Shown: positions 48,093 through 58,429, counted from the stretch's first letter. The stretch is DNA of 64,000 nt from an uncultured candidate division Zixibacteria bacterium (GCA_963806185.1 CAWDXE010000001.1:32001-96000), one strand, 5' to 3'. Translations and numbers: made by a program. Notes: generated by a model not told the origin, from the letters alone.

Positions 48093-50015
48093 ATGATCCT
48101 GTTCCCACCCAAGATGACAAAACAGACACGGCATGTCCTCGTCGGCCTCGGACTCTTGCTCCTGCTCGTCCTCCTCCGTACCGCCTGGGTGGGCGATGAT
48201 GCCTACATCACCTTTCGGGTCGTCGACAACGTCATTCACGGGTACGGTCCGGTTTGGAACGTGGTCGAGCGGGTCCAGGCGTACACTCATCCGCTCTGGA
48301 TGTGGTTGATGGCCGCGCTCGCTTTCATCACGCGCGACGTTTTCTACACCAGCATTTTCCTATCAATCGTGCTTACGCTGGCCACGGCGACCGTCCTGGC
48401 GGTTAAGATTTCCCGCTCGCCGTTCGCAGCGATTGCGGGTGTCGCACTCCTGATTGTCTCGAAGGCGTTTGTCGATTATTCCACTTCCGGTCTGGAGAAC
48501 CCGCTCGCCCACCTGTTGGTGGCGATCTTCTTCTGGGTCTATCTCGATCCGGAGCGGGACAAGCCATCGCTCTTCTGGCCCGCCTTCTGGGCCTCGCTTG
48601 TCATGTTGACCAGATTCGATCTTGGCGCTCTCCTTTTGCCTCCTCTTGCCTACTTGTACTTCCGCCGCCCGAGCTGGAAGGCGTTTGGCACGCTGGTCCT
48701 CGGACTACTCCCTCTGGTCATCTGGCACCTCTGGTCAACCTGGTATTACGGCTTTCCCTTCCCCAACACCGGCTACGCCAAGCTAAATACCGGAATCAGT
48801 GCGGATCCGATGGTCAGGCAGGGTGTGGCATACCTGGAGAATCTCCTTCGTCGTTCACCAAACAGCGCCATGACCATTCTCTGGACAGTGATTGCGGTCA
48901 TCTGGGTACGAGACAAGAAATACCTCGCGGCGGTCGCCGGCCTGATTCTCTACGGCCTCTACCTCGTGCGCATCGGGGGCGACTTTATGACCGGACGGCT
49001 CTTATCAGTGCCGTTCCTGGTGGCGGTGATACTCGTGTGCCGGTACTCACTCGATCGAGTACGCTGGGCCGTGTTGGTACCTGTGATGACGATAATCGCG
49101 CTTGGCGTAGTCTACCCGCGCTCGCCGCTCTGGGCGGGCAGCTCGTTTGGTGTTGGAGAGGAAACGGAGGATTGGGACAGGGGCGTATCCGACGAGCGCG
49201 CCGGGTATTTCCAGTACACCGGCCTGTTCAGTCAGCGAGCGGGCCATTCCGCGCCCAATCACCCGTGGCAGCAACGAGGACTGCAGCTTCGGGCCGCAGG
49301 TGACACGGTCGTGGTCGCCTCCGGAATCGGGATGCTCGGCTATTTCGCGGGGCCGTCCGTTTACATTGTCGACCAGCATGCCCTGACCGACCCTCTGTTG
49401 GCCCGATTACCGGCCGCGGATCCCAATAAGTGGCGGATTGGGCACTTCGAACGCCGCATTCCGGTCGGATACGTGGAAACTCTCAAGTCCGATACGAATC
49501 GGATTAAGGACCCCAGCCTGGCCGCCTTTTACGACACTCTGACCCTTGTCACGCGTGGTGACCTGTGGAGTTCTGAACGTCTGCGCGCGATCGGTCGCAT
49601 GAATTGCGGCACATACCATTACCTGCTGTCGCGTTTTCTCGAGCGCCCCGAACGTGTGGTCGGGTACGCCGAGGCCAGCCGGCCCAAAGCAACTGGCATG
49701 GCCTATGACTGCGATGACTGTTTCGTGTTGACACCGACCGGCATGACTGTTCAACTCGATTCAATGGTTCATGCCAAATTGGTGGAGACCAGCACGGACA
49801 ACAACGACAATTACGAGTTCATCTTTCTCCGTCGGGATATAGTAATCGGGCGACTGGTCAAGCCAAGCCACTGGATTGCGCAAGGGGGGCTGGTGATCGA
49901 TAGCATAAATATTCCCGAATCGATCCGGAAGCCGGGGTACGATGTGATCGAGATTGTCCCGCGCGACGGCGATGGACAGTATGGTGTCGGCCACATCCGC
50001 ATCCTCGAGCCTTAG
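48093..50015 (+). CDS. Multi-TM GT-C-type glycosyltransferase (AftB-like)
   Basis: WVGDDAYITFRVVDN...GPVWN..ERV...THPLW, STSGLE, PFPNT.YAK, GGDFM..R, WRIGHFER. Confidence 0.75.
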   Translation: MILFPPKMTKQTRHVLVGLGLLLLLVLLRTAWVGDDAYITFRVVDNVIHGYGPVWNVVERVQAYTHPLWMWLMAALAFITRDVFYTSIFLSIVLTLATATVLAVKISRSPFAAIAGVALLIVSKAFVDYSTSGLENPLAHLLVAIFFWVYLDPERDKPSLFWPAFWASLVMLTRFDLGALLLPPLAYLYFRRPSWKAFGTLVLGLLPLVIWHLWSTWYYGFPFPNTGYAKLNTGISADPMVRQGVAYLENLLRRSPNSAMTILWTVIAVIWVRDKKYLAAVAGLILYGLYLVRIGGDFMTGRLLSVPFLVAVILVCRYSLDRVRWAVLVPVMTIIALGVVYPRSPLWAGSSFGVGEETEDWDRGVSDERAGYFQYTGLFSQRAGHSAPNHPWQQRGLQLRAAGDTVVVASGIGMLGYFAGPSVYIVDQHALTDPLLARLPAADPNKWRIGHFERRIPVGYVETLKSDTNRIKDPSLAAFYDTLTLVTRGDLWSSERLRAIGRMNCGTYHYLLSRFLERPERVVGYAEASRPKATGMAYDCDDCFVLTPTGMTVQLDSMVHAKLVETSTDNNDNYEFIFLRRDIVIGRLVKPSHWIAQGGLVIDSINIPESIRKPGYDVIEIVPRDGDGQYGVGHIRILEP

Positions 50016-50098
50016 GCAGGCCTCGCTTTGGCGATAAGTGCCAATAGGTTAACCGAATGGTCAAATTGGGGCTCGAGAGCAAAAAAAACGACCAACAC

Positions 50099-50126
50099 TT
50101 GACAGTGGGGTCGGGAAGTGTATATT
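50099..50126 (+). promoter_or_regulatory. sigma70-type promoter for tRNA-Gln
   Basis: TTGACA-16-TATATT with upstream A-tract. Confidence 0.65.
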
Positions 50127-50167
50127 CGACAGCCTTGGCAGGCAACTGCCGAGCCAGATTGAGCTAC

Positions 50168-50238
50168 TGGGAGATCGTCCAACGGTAGGACATGCGGCTC
50201 TGGACCGTAGAATCGGGGTTCGAATCCCTGTCTCCCAG
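50168..50238 (+). tRNA. tRNA-Gln (CTG); CCA not encoded
   Basis: TGGGAGATCGTCCAACGGTAGGACATGCGGCTCTGGACCGTAGAATCGGGGTTCGAATCCCTGTCTCCCAG folds as a cloverleaf. Confidence 0.96.
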
Positions 50239-50343
50239 CTTATTCCTTCCCCTACCAAATCCCGCTTCCAGATGCTCTCCAAACTGAGAAAAAACATCCG
50301 GCCAGGGTTCTTGCCCCCCGGCCGGACTGCTGCTGAAGGCGCT

Positions 50344-50973
50344 TTACAGCGCCGTCACTTTGAGACAGATATCTATCGCATGCCCCCGCGCCGGCGGCTT
50401 GTTCGGCACTATCGTTATCGTAACATGCCGGCCGAGTACCTGCTCGACCATGAATTCCGGATTGGCCACCGGATCCCACTCGTGAGCCACACCGTCAATG
50501 GTCACCGCCAGTGTCTGATTCGGCTGATCCTTCTCCACCGTCGCCGCGAACTCCAGGCGGAAACTCCCCGCCGCGTTCTGCAACATCCAGACGATCTCTT
50601 GCTGATTGCAGGCGATCCGCGAACAAAGAGGACGACAACTCCCCGTATCCGGCACAACAATGATCACCGTGTCGATATGGATGACCGTGTCGGTCACTGT
50701 GTCGATGATCGTGACGGTGTCGGTGTTGGTGATCGTATCGGCGTCCGTGATCGTATCAATGATCGTCAACGTATCAACGTCGTGAATCGTGTCGTTCTGA
50801 GTCAGCGTATCGGTGAGCACGACGGTATCCGTCACCACAACCGTGTCGGTCACCTGGGTCGAGCCCCCGACCGGGTTAAGCGCGTCGCGCTCGAGTGGAT
50901 CAGCGCAGTTCAGGAACCCGACCATCCCGGACACGGCAACCACCCCTATGATCAGAAATGCCAATCGGTTCAT
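50344..50973 (-). CDS. Putative lipoprotein with Asp-Thr hexapeptide repeat stalk
   Basis: Leader ending GFLNC; 11 D-T-[V/L/I] units; Cys-containing C-terminal domain. Confidence 0.78.
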   Translation of the reverse strand: MNRLAFLIIGVVAVSGMVGFLNCADPLERDALNPVGGSTQVTDTVVVTDTVVLTDTLTQNDTIHDVDTLTIIDTITDADTITNTDTVTIIDTVTDTVIHIDTVIIVVPDTGSCRPLCSRIACNQQEIVWMLQNAAGSFRLEFAATVEKDQPNQTLAVTIDGVAHEWDPVANPEFMVEQVLGRHVTITIVPNKPPARGHAIDICLKVTAL

Positions 50974-51944
50974 CGAGCACCTCCAAAGGCAACGTGCACG
51001 GCAGCGTTCACCAAAAACTGATCATTATCCATATTGGCGGCATCGCGCCCGGCCAGGCGGTGCTTGGACGGATTATATACGCCGGTAACCGACAGAAAAT
51101 CAAGCGGCGTCACCCGAAGCCCCACCATCGGTCCCTCCGAGAGCTTGACATACTCGTAATAGTGCTGGGAAATCTCCTCGATCCGCACCCAGCCGCCAAC
51201 GATACCGATCGGCAGCTTCGGCGAGGGATAGGCAATCGCTTGTATGCCTATCATTCGACGCTTCGTGGTCAGTTCCTGACTTTCGAAGGTGAAGTCTCCA
51301 TTCCAGAATGTATGTCCGAAGATCCCCTCGATGAAGATCACCCGCTTCCAGGTGACGGCTCCGGTCAGCATGGGCATGAACCCGTACGGCGACGATGATC
51401 CGCCGACGCCGAGTTCCAGCCCAAGGAATTCAAGACCGCCGGTTGCTGTCGTCTGTTCGCTATGCACCGGCTGAACTTCCGTTACTACTCGCTCTACCGG
51501 CGGACGTTGTTCTACTGCTTTCAACCGGTTTTCCAGATCCACGAGAGTGCGGTCAACGCGGACACTGGCAAAGCGGCGATCCGCTCCGGCAATTTTCGAA
51601 TCCTCCGACTGTATGATGATCTGGCTCGAATCAACCCCGAATTCCTTTACGAGCAGATTGCGAAGCACGTGTGCGCGCCCAACCGCCAGTCCGGGATTGA
51701 GCGCATCGTGGTTGCGCTGGAATCGCTCTCCGTCCGCGCCGCCGGTTACAACAGCCCGCGCCAGTGGAAATGCCTTAAGCGTGTCGGCGACTGACTGCAG
51801 CTGGGCACGATACGGCGTGAACTGATTGCCTTCGATACTGCCGCCGACCCCCAGTGGGAAATCGGCGATAATGACCTGCTGGGCCGATGCGTTACCGGCG
51901 AGCAGGCAAAGTAAGAAGCCAATCGCGAATAGTGATCTTGTCAT
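50970..51944 (-). CDS. Secreted protein with N-terminal OmpA-C-like domain and C-terminal beta-barrel-like region
   Basis: Signal peptide; L..VA..L...P....VTGGAD...N..LAVGRA..LRN.LV..FGVD; coiled linker; amphipathic strands to VHVAF. ATG 51944. Confidence 0.65.
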   Translation of the reverse strand: MTRSLFAIGFLLCLLAGNASAQQVIIADFPLGVGGSIEGNQFTPYRAQLQSVADTLKAFPLARAVVTGGADGERFQRNHDALNPGLAVGRAHVLRNLLVKEFGVDSSQIIIQSEDSKIAGADRRFASVRVDRTLVDLENRLKAVEQRPPVERVVTEVQPVHSEQTTATGGLEFLGLELGVGGSSSPYGFMPMLTGAVTWKRVIFIEGIFGHTFWNGDFTFESQELTTKRRMIGIQAIAYPSPKLPIGIVGGWVRIEEISQHYYEYVKLSEGPMVGLRVTPLDFLSVTGVYNPSKHRLAGRDAANMDNDQFLVNAAVHVAFGGAR

Positions 51945-52254
51945 AGACGACCTCAGAGTCAATTATCGAGCATCAAATGGTGCCGCTCGCGTGCAGTCAA
52001 TTCATGCGGCAATGCTTCAATGCTCCTTGTTTACCTGTTCGCCACCACTTGATTCTAAACGTCCGTGATTCATAAAAACTCGTGCAGGGATCTTCCGTGA
52101 TGGCTGCAGACAATTGCAGATTCTGATCCTTGGTCGTGACCGGGATAAGGCATAGCAAGCCTCGCCCCACCAAAGTACTGGTCCAGGCACCAGTTACAAA
52201 TTATCTATGAAGGTAAGATGCAAAAACCGTTCCCATTTCCAGGAACGGTAGAGT

Positions 52255-53853
52255 TCAGATAGTCATTTGCCGACGTCGACCCCAATAGGCCAGAATCGCC
52301 AGCACCGGGATTAGAATTGCGAAGATCGAGGTATTGGCCGGAGTCGTCGCGACTGATGCCCCCATGAAATCGAGCAACGGCACCTGATTCATCGGCCCGA
52401 TATACCAGAGCGCCACGTAGACTGATTCGAAAAGCACCGCACTGCCCGACCAGGCACCAAGTACCAGTGCCAGCGTCGGAATGAACACCGCCCCCACAAC
52501 GCACGCAGCCGTTCCGGCCAAATCGCCGGTTACCAGAAGTCGGAGTATCGTCCCCATCCCGGTGATAAAAGCGACCGTGATTCCGGCCAGCCAGATCGCC
52601 GGGAACTGGCGCGTTAACGCCATCGGACACGAGAACACGATCTGCTCGACGCCAAACTTCTTTTCCCGCGTCCCCATCGACGACCAGATGGCCAACGGCC
52701 AGATCCAGGCGATAGGAAAAATGAACTGACGCACCGCCGCCATCGGCGCGAGCAGCGTCGCCAAGACCAGCCCGATGGCTCCTATCATCCACCACCGGTT
52801 CACCGATCGGAACATGAGTCGCAACTCTACCCGCGTCATGGCTACGAGCGAAGGCTTGATCTGCCCGGTGTACGGACCAAGGTGCGCCACGTGAGTCGGC
52901 CTTGTCCCTTCGCCTGCAGCTTCCTCTTCGCTCTGCGTTTGCGCCTTGCGGTGAGCCTGCACCTCCACCGAATCAAAGCGACGGAAAATGGGCGTCGCCA
53001 CCAACACGATGCCGATGGCTGCCAACACCCAGAGAAGTCTCTGCAATATCAACTCCGCCGACCAATTGACCCCGGACCAGACGAAAGTCGATTGGGGCGC
53101 CGTCTTCTCAACGATCTGGATACCCAGGGAAATATTGTTGTTCAGATTGGTAAATGCAGCGTGGGCCGCGTGCGAGATCTGCGCCAGTATTTGCGACAAC
53201 CCGGCGACATCGTTCACGCCCCCGGAACGTATCGCCTCGGCTCTGTCGGAGGATAACGCAGAGATGATCAGAAGTACATTCCACGTGAAGAAGTAGATCA
53301 CATTTCCCATCGCACCACGCAGGACTGGTGTCACCTCGAACAGGACGGCGAGTGCCGCGATAATCAGGAGGTAGGGCATGGCAAACAAGAGTGTCGGACC
53401 GACCAGCTGCCAGAGGTTGATCGACGTATCCTCGCCGCGAATTAACTGCATCACTCCCGCGCTGGCGAGCACCGCCAGCACGATAGCCGCGAAGACCGCA
53501 AAGTTGCTCAGCGTCTTTCCCAGAAGATAATTGAACTTGCCGAGCGGCGTCGCGGCCAGAATCTGTCCAACGCGCGTCTGGTAGTCTCGCGTTACGGCGT
53601 TTTTGACCAGATAGAATCCAATCAGCGAAACAAACACCGAGCTCATCAGCGAACAGACCGCCCCGATCCAGGCGGAGTTGTACACCCCGCGCACATTGTC
53701 GATGGCGACCGTCATGTACCCGGCGTCACTGGTCGGCAAGTAGATGTAACCGAGATACAACGCCCCCACCAGCGTAACCAGAAAGCTGGATCGACGCACC
53801 CGCTCCAGGAAATCGGCGCGCGCCAGATGATACAGGATGCGGACGGTTTTCAC
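52255..53853 (-). CDS. ABC-2-type exporter permease (two membrane halves)
   Basis: Many TM segments; RD.......L.ATP.....YLLGK motif; overlaps the ATPase stop. Confidence 0.8.
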   Translation of the reverse strand: MKTVRILYHLARADFLERVRRSSFLVTLVGALYLGYIYLPTSDAGYMTVAIDNVRGVYNSAWIGAVCSLMSSVFVSLIGFYLVKNAVTRDYQTRVGQILAATPLGKFNYLLGKTLSNFAVFAAIVLAVLASAGVMQLIRGEDTSINLWQLVGPTLLFAMPYLLIIAALAVLFEVTPVLRGAMGNVIYFFTWNVLLIISALSSDRAEAIRSGGVNDVAGLSQILAQISHAAHAAFTNLNNNISLGIQIVEKTAPQSTFVWSGVNWSAELILQRLLWVLAAIGIVLVATPIFRRFDSVEVQAHRKAQTQSEEEAAGEGTRPTHVAHLGPYTGQIKPSLVAMTRVELRLMFRSVNRWWMIGAIGLVLATLLAPMAAVRQFIFPIAWIWPLAIWSSMGTREKKFGVEQIVFSCPMALTRQFPAIWLAGITVAFITGMGTILRLLVTGDLAGTAACVVGAVFIPTLALVLGAWSGSAVLFESVYVALWYIGPMNQVPLLDFMGASVATTPANTSIFAILIPVLAILAYWGRRRQMTI

Positions 53854-54734
53854 GCCGGCACTCGCTCCCGACCGGTGGTGACATGCCAGAGGTACACATC
53901 TTCCAGCGTGGGCGCCACGGCCCGGGCGGAAGCATGTGTCGCCGATTCCATCACGACTCTCACGCGCATGCCATCGGCTCGCCGGGAAACACCCGTGACA
54001 AGGTGCCGCTCCTTGAACGTCACCAACTGATCGCCGGACAGATCAACTTCCCATACCAGACCCGCGAGCCGCGCCAGAAGGTCGTCGGCCGATGCGTGCA
54101 CCAACAGCCGGCCGCCCGCGATCATCGCAATGCTGCTGGCCGTAGCCTCGACATCCGACACGATGTGCGTCGACAGAATCACAATCCGCTCGCCTGATAG
54201 ATCGGCCAGCAGATTGCGAAACCGCACTCGTTCCTCCGGATCGAGCCCGGCTGTCGGTTCGTCAACAATCAGTAGTTTGGGATCATTCAACAGGGCTGCC
54301 GCAATCCCCACGCGCTGGCGCATGCCGCCCGAAAAGCCGCCCACCGGTCGATTCCGCGCTGCAAACAGGTTGACAAGCTGCAGCAATTCGTCGAGCCGTT
54401 GGGTGGCCGCTGTTCCACTCATCCCTTTGGCGGCCGCTAGATATTGAAGAAATTCCTTCGCGGTTAGGTGGGGATACACACCAAAATCCTGTGGCAGATA
54501 ACCCAGAGTGCGGCGCAAGTTGTCGGGGTGCGCGGCGACATCCTCGCCGTTCCAACGGATTGCACCCTCAGTCGGTTTGGTAACGGTTGCCAGCATGCGC
54601 ATCAACGTCGACTTGCCGGCGCCGTTCGGACCGAGCAGACCCAATATCCCCGGACCAAGCGTCAGGCTGAATTCCTTCAGTCCCCAAACGTTTCCTTTGT
54701 ACTGTTTCGAGAGTCCCGCGATGGACAGTTCCAT
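53850..54734 (-). CDS. ABC transporter ATP-binding protein
   Basis: GPNGAGKST, FSGGMRQR, IVDEPTAGLD, STH; ATG 54734. Confidence 0.96.
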   Translation of the reverse strand: MELSIAGLSKQYKGNVWGLKEFSLTLGPGILGLLGPNGAGKSTLMRMLATVTKPTEGAIRWNGEDVAAHPDNLRRTLGYLPQDFGVYPHLTAKEFLQYLAAAKGMSGTAATQRLDELLQLVNLFAARNRPVGGFSGGMRQRVGIAAALLNDPKLLIVDEPTAGLDPEERVRFRNLLADLSGERIVILSTHIVSDVEATASSIAMIAGGRLLVHASADDLLARLAGLVWEVDLSGDQLVTFKERHLVTGVSRRADGMRVRVVMESATHASARAVAPTLEDVYLWHVTTGRERVPA

Positions 54735-54735
54735 G

Positions 54736-55518
54736 TTAACTCCGTCTCGGCAAGTTCCGCTCGAACGCTTCAATGTCCTCGCGATATCGGCGCGCGATTT
54801 CGACCGACGCAGGATTGGTGTAGATCTCCGCTTTCGGATGCTCGATCAAAGCCGCAATCGCTTCAGCCACTTCTTCGGCCGACTGCGCCGCCGCCCCGCC
54901 CGCGGGACTTCCCGATCGATGCCCCGGCGTGCCGCCAATCGCATTCTGATGGAAATCCGTCGCCACGACTCCCGGCATGACCAACGATACGTGGATATCC
55001 GGGTATGCATCGCGGAGATCCATCCGCAGGTTTGCCGTCAGCACGTTCAACGCCGCCTTCGCCGCGCTGTACGCCGACCGAAACGGTACCAATGGCACTC
55101 GACCGAGGAATGATGATACGTTGATCAGATGACCTCTCCCCTGCTGCTGAAAGTACGGAATGATTGTCTGCATGCCGTATAACGACGACTTCACATTGAT
55201 ACTTATCATCTGATCGATATCGTCATCAGAAAGTTGCAGCACTGTCCGGCTTATCCCGCGACCGACATTGTTCACCCAAACGTCAATCCGCCCCGCCTCC
55301 GTCAACGCCCGCTCTCGGACTGCCATCACCTCATCCCGCCGGGTCACATCGGCCACGGTCACTATCGTTTTTGTCTCGACTGTCCCAGCTACCGCTTTCA
55401 GTTCTGCTTCACGCCGCGCGACTAGAACCAACCGGTGGCCCAATCGGCCAAGTTCCCGAGCCAGCGCCGCGCCAATCCCGCTGCTGGCGCCTGTAATCAC
55501 AATGACTTTATTTTCCAC
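54736..55518 (-). CDS. Short-chain dehydrogenase/reductase
   Basis: TGASSGIG, NNVG, YSAAK; GTG 55518 after AGGAG. Confidence 0.93.
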   Translation of the reverse strand: MENKVIVITGASSGIGAALARELGRLGHRLVLVARREAELKAVAGTVETKTIVTVADVTRRDEVMAVRERALTEAGRIDVWVNNVGRGISRTVLQLSDDDIDQMISINVKSSLYGMQTIIPYFQQQGRGHLINVSSFLGRVPLVPFRSAYSAAKAALNVLTANLRMDLRDAYPDIHVSLVMPGVVATDFHQNAIGGTPGHRSGSPAGGAAAQSAEEVAEAIAALIEHPKAEIYTNPASVEIARRYREDIEAFERNLPRRS

Positions 55519-55602
55519 TTTTGCAACTCCTCGTTCTTGCCTGGAGCAAGCTAGTGCATTACTTATGGTGAGAACAAACGAAATTGAACCAGCGAGGTTT
55601 CC

Positions 55603-56970
55603 ATGTCCAGGTCCTTCGTCGTCGCTATCCTGATGATGCTTGCCGTCGCCTCTCCCACCGCCCTCACTCAGCCCGAGGGCGGCCAGACGGTCATCAGTAG
55701 ACCCGAACTCGCCAACCGCGTCGTTCAGGAGTTTCTGCACGCCTGGAATGGCTACAAACAATACGCCTGGGGACACGATGATCTGAAACCTCTATCCAGG
55801 AGCTATCACGACTGGCATGCCGCTCCGCTGTATATGACGGCGGTCGACGCACTCGACGTCATGATCCTCATGGGACTGACTTCGGAAGCCGATTCCACCC
55901 GCGAATTCGTTGCCACTCATCTCAATTTCGACAAGGACATCGATGTCAAGAATTTCGAAATCACCATTAGAATCCTCGGGGGACTCCTGAGCAGCTACCA
56001 GCTTTCCGGTGATAAACGGCTTCTTGCGCTGGCTGAAGATCTTGGCAATCGCCTTCTCCCGGTGTTCAACTCCCCCACCGGCATGCCGTACATGTACGTG
56101 AATCTCAAAACCGGCGCGGTAAAGGGAGCCGTCACCAATCCGGCTGAAATCGGCACGTTATTGATCGAATTCGGCTCGCTCTCAAAGTTTTCCGGCAACC
56201 CGATTTACTTCGAGAAGGCAAAGAAAGCGGTCGTGGCCCTCTACGCCCGCCGTTCGCCGATCGGTCTGGTCGGAACCTGGATAAACATTGAAACCGGCGT
56301 CTGGACCGATTCCACCAGCCACATCAGCGGAGCCATTGACTCCTATTATGAATACCTCCTCAAATCGGCCCGCCTGTTCGACGACCACGATTGCGATACC
56401 ATGTTCCAGCACAGCCTCGCGGCGATCAATAAATATCTTGCCGACACGGTCAACGGCGGGCTCTGGTACGGCAGCGCCGATATGTTCACCGGAAAACGCA
56501 ATGGCACGAGTTTTGGTGCGCTCGACGCCTTCTTCCCGGCGGTACTCGCCCTGGCGGGTGATCTCGATCGCGCCAAACGGCTGCAGGAATCTTCCTACAA
56601 AATGTGGAACACCTTCGGTATTGAACCCGAACAAATAGACTACACCACGATGCAATCAACGTATCCCGGCTATCCACTGCGTCCGGAAATCATCGAGTCG
56701 GCGTACTACCTCTATTCGTTTACCAAGGACCCCCGCTATCTGACCATGGGGAAGAACTTCCTTGATAGCCTCGTCAAGTACTGTCGTGCCGATGTTGGTT
56801 ATGCTTCGCTTAAGGATGTCCGAACAAAGGAACAGAAAGATGAGATGGAGAGCTTCTTTTTGGCCGAGACGCTGAAATATCTCTACCTGCTTTTTGCGCC
56901 GGACGATAAGATCGATCTGAAGACGACGGTCTTCAACACCGAGGCCCATCCTATTCGAAAGACATGGTAG
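55603..56970 (+). CDS. Secreted GH47 (class I) alpha-1,2-mannosidase
   Basis: AWNGYKQYAWGHD.LKP, FEITIRILGGLLS, DSYYEYLLK, YPLRPEIIES, MESFFLAETLKYLYL, FNTEAHP. Confidence 0.93.
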   Translation: MSRSFVVAILMMLAVASPTALTQPEGGQTVISRPELANRVVQEFLHAWNGYKQYAWGHDDLKPLSRSYHDWHAAPLYMTAVDALDVMILMGLTSEADSTREFVATHLNFDKDIDVKNFEITIRILGGLLSSYQLSGDKRLLALAEDLGNRLLPVFNSPTGMPYMYVNLKTGAVKGAVTNPAEIGTLLIEFGSLSKFSGNPIYFEKAKKAVVALYARRSPIGLVGTWINIETGVWTDSTSHISGAIDSYYEYLLKSARLFDDHDCDTMFQHSLAAINKYLADTVNGGLWYGSADMFTGKRNGTSFGALDAFFPAVLALAGDLDRAKRLQESSYKMWNTFGIEPEQIDYTTMQSTYPGYPLRPEIIESAYYLYSFTKDPRYLTMGKNFLDSLVKYCRADVGYASLKDVRTKEQKDEMESFFLAETLKYLYLLFAPDDKIDLKTTVFNTEAHPIRKTW

Positions 56971-58167
56971 CTACGCCTTAACAAGCCGGTGTACGGTTAT
57001 CTCCGAGGGCGCCCCGATCCGCAGTTGCGGCCCCCAGTACCCGGTGCCACGGCTGACATAAATGCGCGACCGGCCGTGTTGATGCATGCCGGCCACATAC
57101 GGCTGAAAAAGCGACACCAGATAATGGTATGGGAAGTACTGCCCGCCGTGGGTATGGCCGGACAACACGTAGTCAAAGCCCGCTTTCTCGGCCTCAAAGA
57201 TACTCTTCGGCTGATGTGCCAGCAGAATCGAGAAATCGGTTTGCGGCGCATTCGCCATCGCTTTGAACGGATCAGTCCGATGCGCCGGCGAATAATTCCC
57301 GCCGGACAGATCAGTCACGCCTGCCATGAGCAGCCGCCCGTTGCCTCGTTCGATCACCTCATGCTCATTCAACAGCACCCGGAAGCCGAGCCGTTTCACC
57401 TCAGCCAGCCACGATTCTATTCCGGAATAGTAATCATGATTGCCGGTGATGAAGTACTTACCGTGCACCGCCGTCAGGTCCGCCAGGGGACTCGCGTCGT
57501 CGCTAAGGTCATCAACTGACCCGTCGACCAAATCCCCCGTCAGTACGATGGCGTCCCCCTTCAATTCATTAACCCGGTTCACAACTCGCTGCACAAACGG
57601 GCGCTTGATCGTATGGCTGACGTGGATGTCGGAAATTTGGACGACGGTGAAACCGTCCAGATCGGACGGAAGATTTGTTACTGGCACGTCGACCGTTATC
57701 ACTCTCGGTTCTCGGGTCGCCTCGAGGAATCCGTACCCGGTAAAACCGGCCGCGGTCGCCACCACGCTGAGATTCACGGCATTCACCAGCAACTTGCGCC
57801 GATCCGGATCGACTACATCGGCGACCGTGGGGGAGGATGAGAACAGGTGGCTGACTCCAGACCAGAGATAGACAGCCAGAAAAACCAGGTCCTTGGCCAG
57901 CACAAAGGCAAAAAGCAGTGTCACAAAGCCAAAACTGAGATAGGTGATCGAGGCCAGTGGGTCGAGCCAGTCCCCTTGCTTTCCCTTGAATTGGAGCAGC
58001 ACTAGAATGAAAGGCAGGACATACAGGATGAACAGAACCGTCCAGAGCAAAACTGACACCGGCAAACTGAAAGCCACCGGGACAATCAGCCGCCAGCCGA
58101 CATATCCGTACATCAATGCTATTACGACAACTGCAACGAGTAGAAAAATACGACTACCTCCTACCAC
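56971..58167 (-). CDS. Membrane-anchored metallophosphoesterase (YkuE-like); start uncertain
   Basis: SDIH, GDLVD, GNHD, LAHQP, GHTHGGQ; N-terminal TM helices. Confidence 0.9.
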   Translation of the reverse strand: MVGGSRIFLLVAVVVIALMYGYVGWRLIVPVAFSLPVSVLLWTVLFILYVLPFILVLLQFKGKQGDWLDPLASITYLSFGFVTLLFAFVLAKDLVFLAVYLWSGVSHLFSSSPTVADVVDPDRRKLLVNAVNLSVVATAAGFTGYGFLEATREPRVITVDVPVTNLPSDLDGFTVVQISDIHVSHTIKRPFVQRVVNRVNELKGDAIVLTGDLVDGSVDDLSDDASPLADLTAVHGKYFITGNHDYYSGIESWLAEVKRLGFRVLLNEHEVIERGNGRLLMAGVTDLSGGNYSPAHRTDPFKAMANAPQTDFSILLAHQPKSIFEAEKAGFDYVLSGHTHGGQYFPYHYLVSLFQPYVAGMHQHGRSRIYVSRGTGYWGPQLRIGAPSEITVHRLVKA

Positions 58168-58429
58168 TAAACCGATAACTCGCCGAGCCGGTTCCGGAAT
58201 TCCCCTGCTTACACCAAAACGAATTAACGGATACCCTGGTCCACTCGGAAGCAAGAACTGACGTCTGTCAGAGAAAAAATCCAACTTCTCTTATCGGAAA
58301 ACGCGCCGCGCAACAAACACCGGATTCATCGAAATCTCTACCGCTATGCAAGAACATTCAGTAGGTTTGTTACGTATGGAAAGTTGACCGCGCGACCCAC
58401 GACTTGGGCGATCGGAACGGAGGTACAGC

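Noticed and set aside
51970..51985. sigma54 promoter upstream of the OmpA-like gene (CGGCACCATTTGATGC, minus strand)
   Set aside because: GG-to-GC spacing is one base too long for sigma54.
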